Of a stretch of 64,000 nucleotides of DNA, positions 63,603 through 64,000 are shown in pieces; position 1 is the first letter of the stretch; each line of letters begins with the position of its first letter. The stretch lies in NCBI RefSeq assembly GCF_013315695.1, contig NZ_CP054353.1, one strand, 5' to 3'. The notes below the pieces were generated by a model, which searched no databases, was not told the DNA's origin, and saw nothing but the letters and a program-made list of their open reading frames with translations. Source of the DNA: Escherichia coli. Its GTDB lineage: Bacteria > Pseudomonadota > Gammaproteobacteria > Enterobacterales > Enterobacteriaceae. Position numbers and translations under genes: made by a program.

Positions 63603-63626
63603 CTTTACGATGTCGCTGTGAGTAAG

Positions 63627-64000
63627 TTAGTGTGCTGACAGCGACATTTTAGCCGAGGGAATCGCAGATAACATAATTGTTGTGAATAATATCCATGCTA
63701 CGTTGAGTTGGACGCTTAATGAATCACATCTCACCCCTTCAATTACTGCCGAGATAATAGAAAAAAGTGTCAAACCCAATGAAATCAATACAAAATAGAT
63801 TGCCTTACATCCAGTATCTCTTATTCTTTTAGCTCCGATATTGATATTCGCATACGTATTAGTGATGACCAGAATGAAACTCAAAGCCAGGTTGATATCA
63901 TTCAAAGTTATTAATATTGTCCATGATGTTAATGTGTAGATTATAAACTGCAAACGTGATAAATGCTCAAGCCTGGATGGGTATAATATATTTCTAATAG
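63627..64000 (-). CDS. Small hydrophobic membrane protein (yigF-like position), probably 5-prime truncated by the window end
   Basis: AT-rich ORF open to the right edge of the window (no in-frame stop upstream of the reported TTG at 63953). Confidence 0.4.
   Translation of the reverse strand, partial: IRNILYPSRLEHLSRLQFIIYTLTSWTILITLNDINLALSFILVITNTYANINIGAKRIRDTGCKAIYFVLISLGLTLFSIISAVIEGVRCDSLSVQLNVAWILFTTIMLSAIPSAKMSLSAH

Overview
This window reads as a contiguous stretch of an Escherichia coli / Shigella-type chromosome (the rrnC-ilv-rho-wec-hem-cyaA-uvrD-corA neighbourhood of K-12), almost entirely conserved core genes. I do not see a convincing novel multi-gene system such as a defence island; the candidates worth follow-up are single genes or local rearrangements. 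Gene identities come from recognising the translated ORFs and RNA sequences by eye; no database search was run. Content in order: rRNA operon 16S - tRNA-Glu - 23S - 5S - tRNA-Asp - tRNA-Trp (P1 promoter off the left edge, P2 and boxA present); hdfR, yifE, comM; the ilvLXGMEDA operon with leader and attenuator, then ilvY and ilvC; ppiC; a PemK/MazF-like yifN; rep, gppA, rhlB, trxA, rhoL-rho; the complete 12-gene enterobacterial common antigen cluster (wecA to wecG); yifK; the tRNA operon argX-hisR-leuT-proM; aslB and aslA; the sRNA glmZ; hemYXDC; cyaA, cyaY, yifL, dapF-yigA-xerC-yigB; uvrD with its LexA box; corA. Most interesting items: (1) a gene at 59095-59997 encoding a signal-peptide-bearing protein of the SAM hydroxide adenosyltransferase / fluorinase-chlorinase family, directly downstream of yigE; (2) a complete 1426-bp IS4 with a perfect 12-bp target duplication interrupting yigE; (3) an unassigned 199-codon membrane-protein ORF between the glmZ and hemY terminators; (4) an intact ilvG, which argues against a standard K-12 background. 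ORF-table entries lying inside rRNA or tRNA genes, or antisense to well-supported genes, were treated as shadow ORFs.
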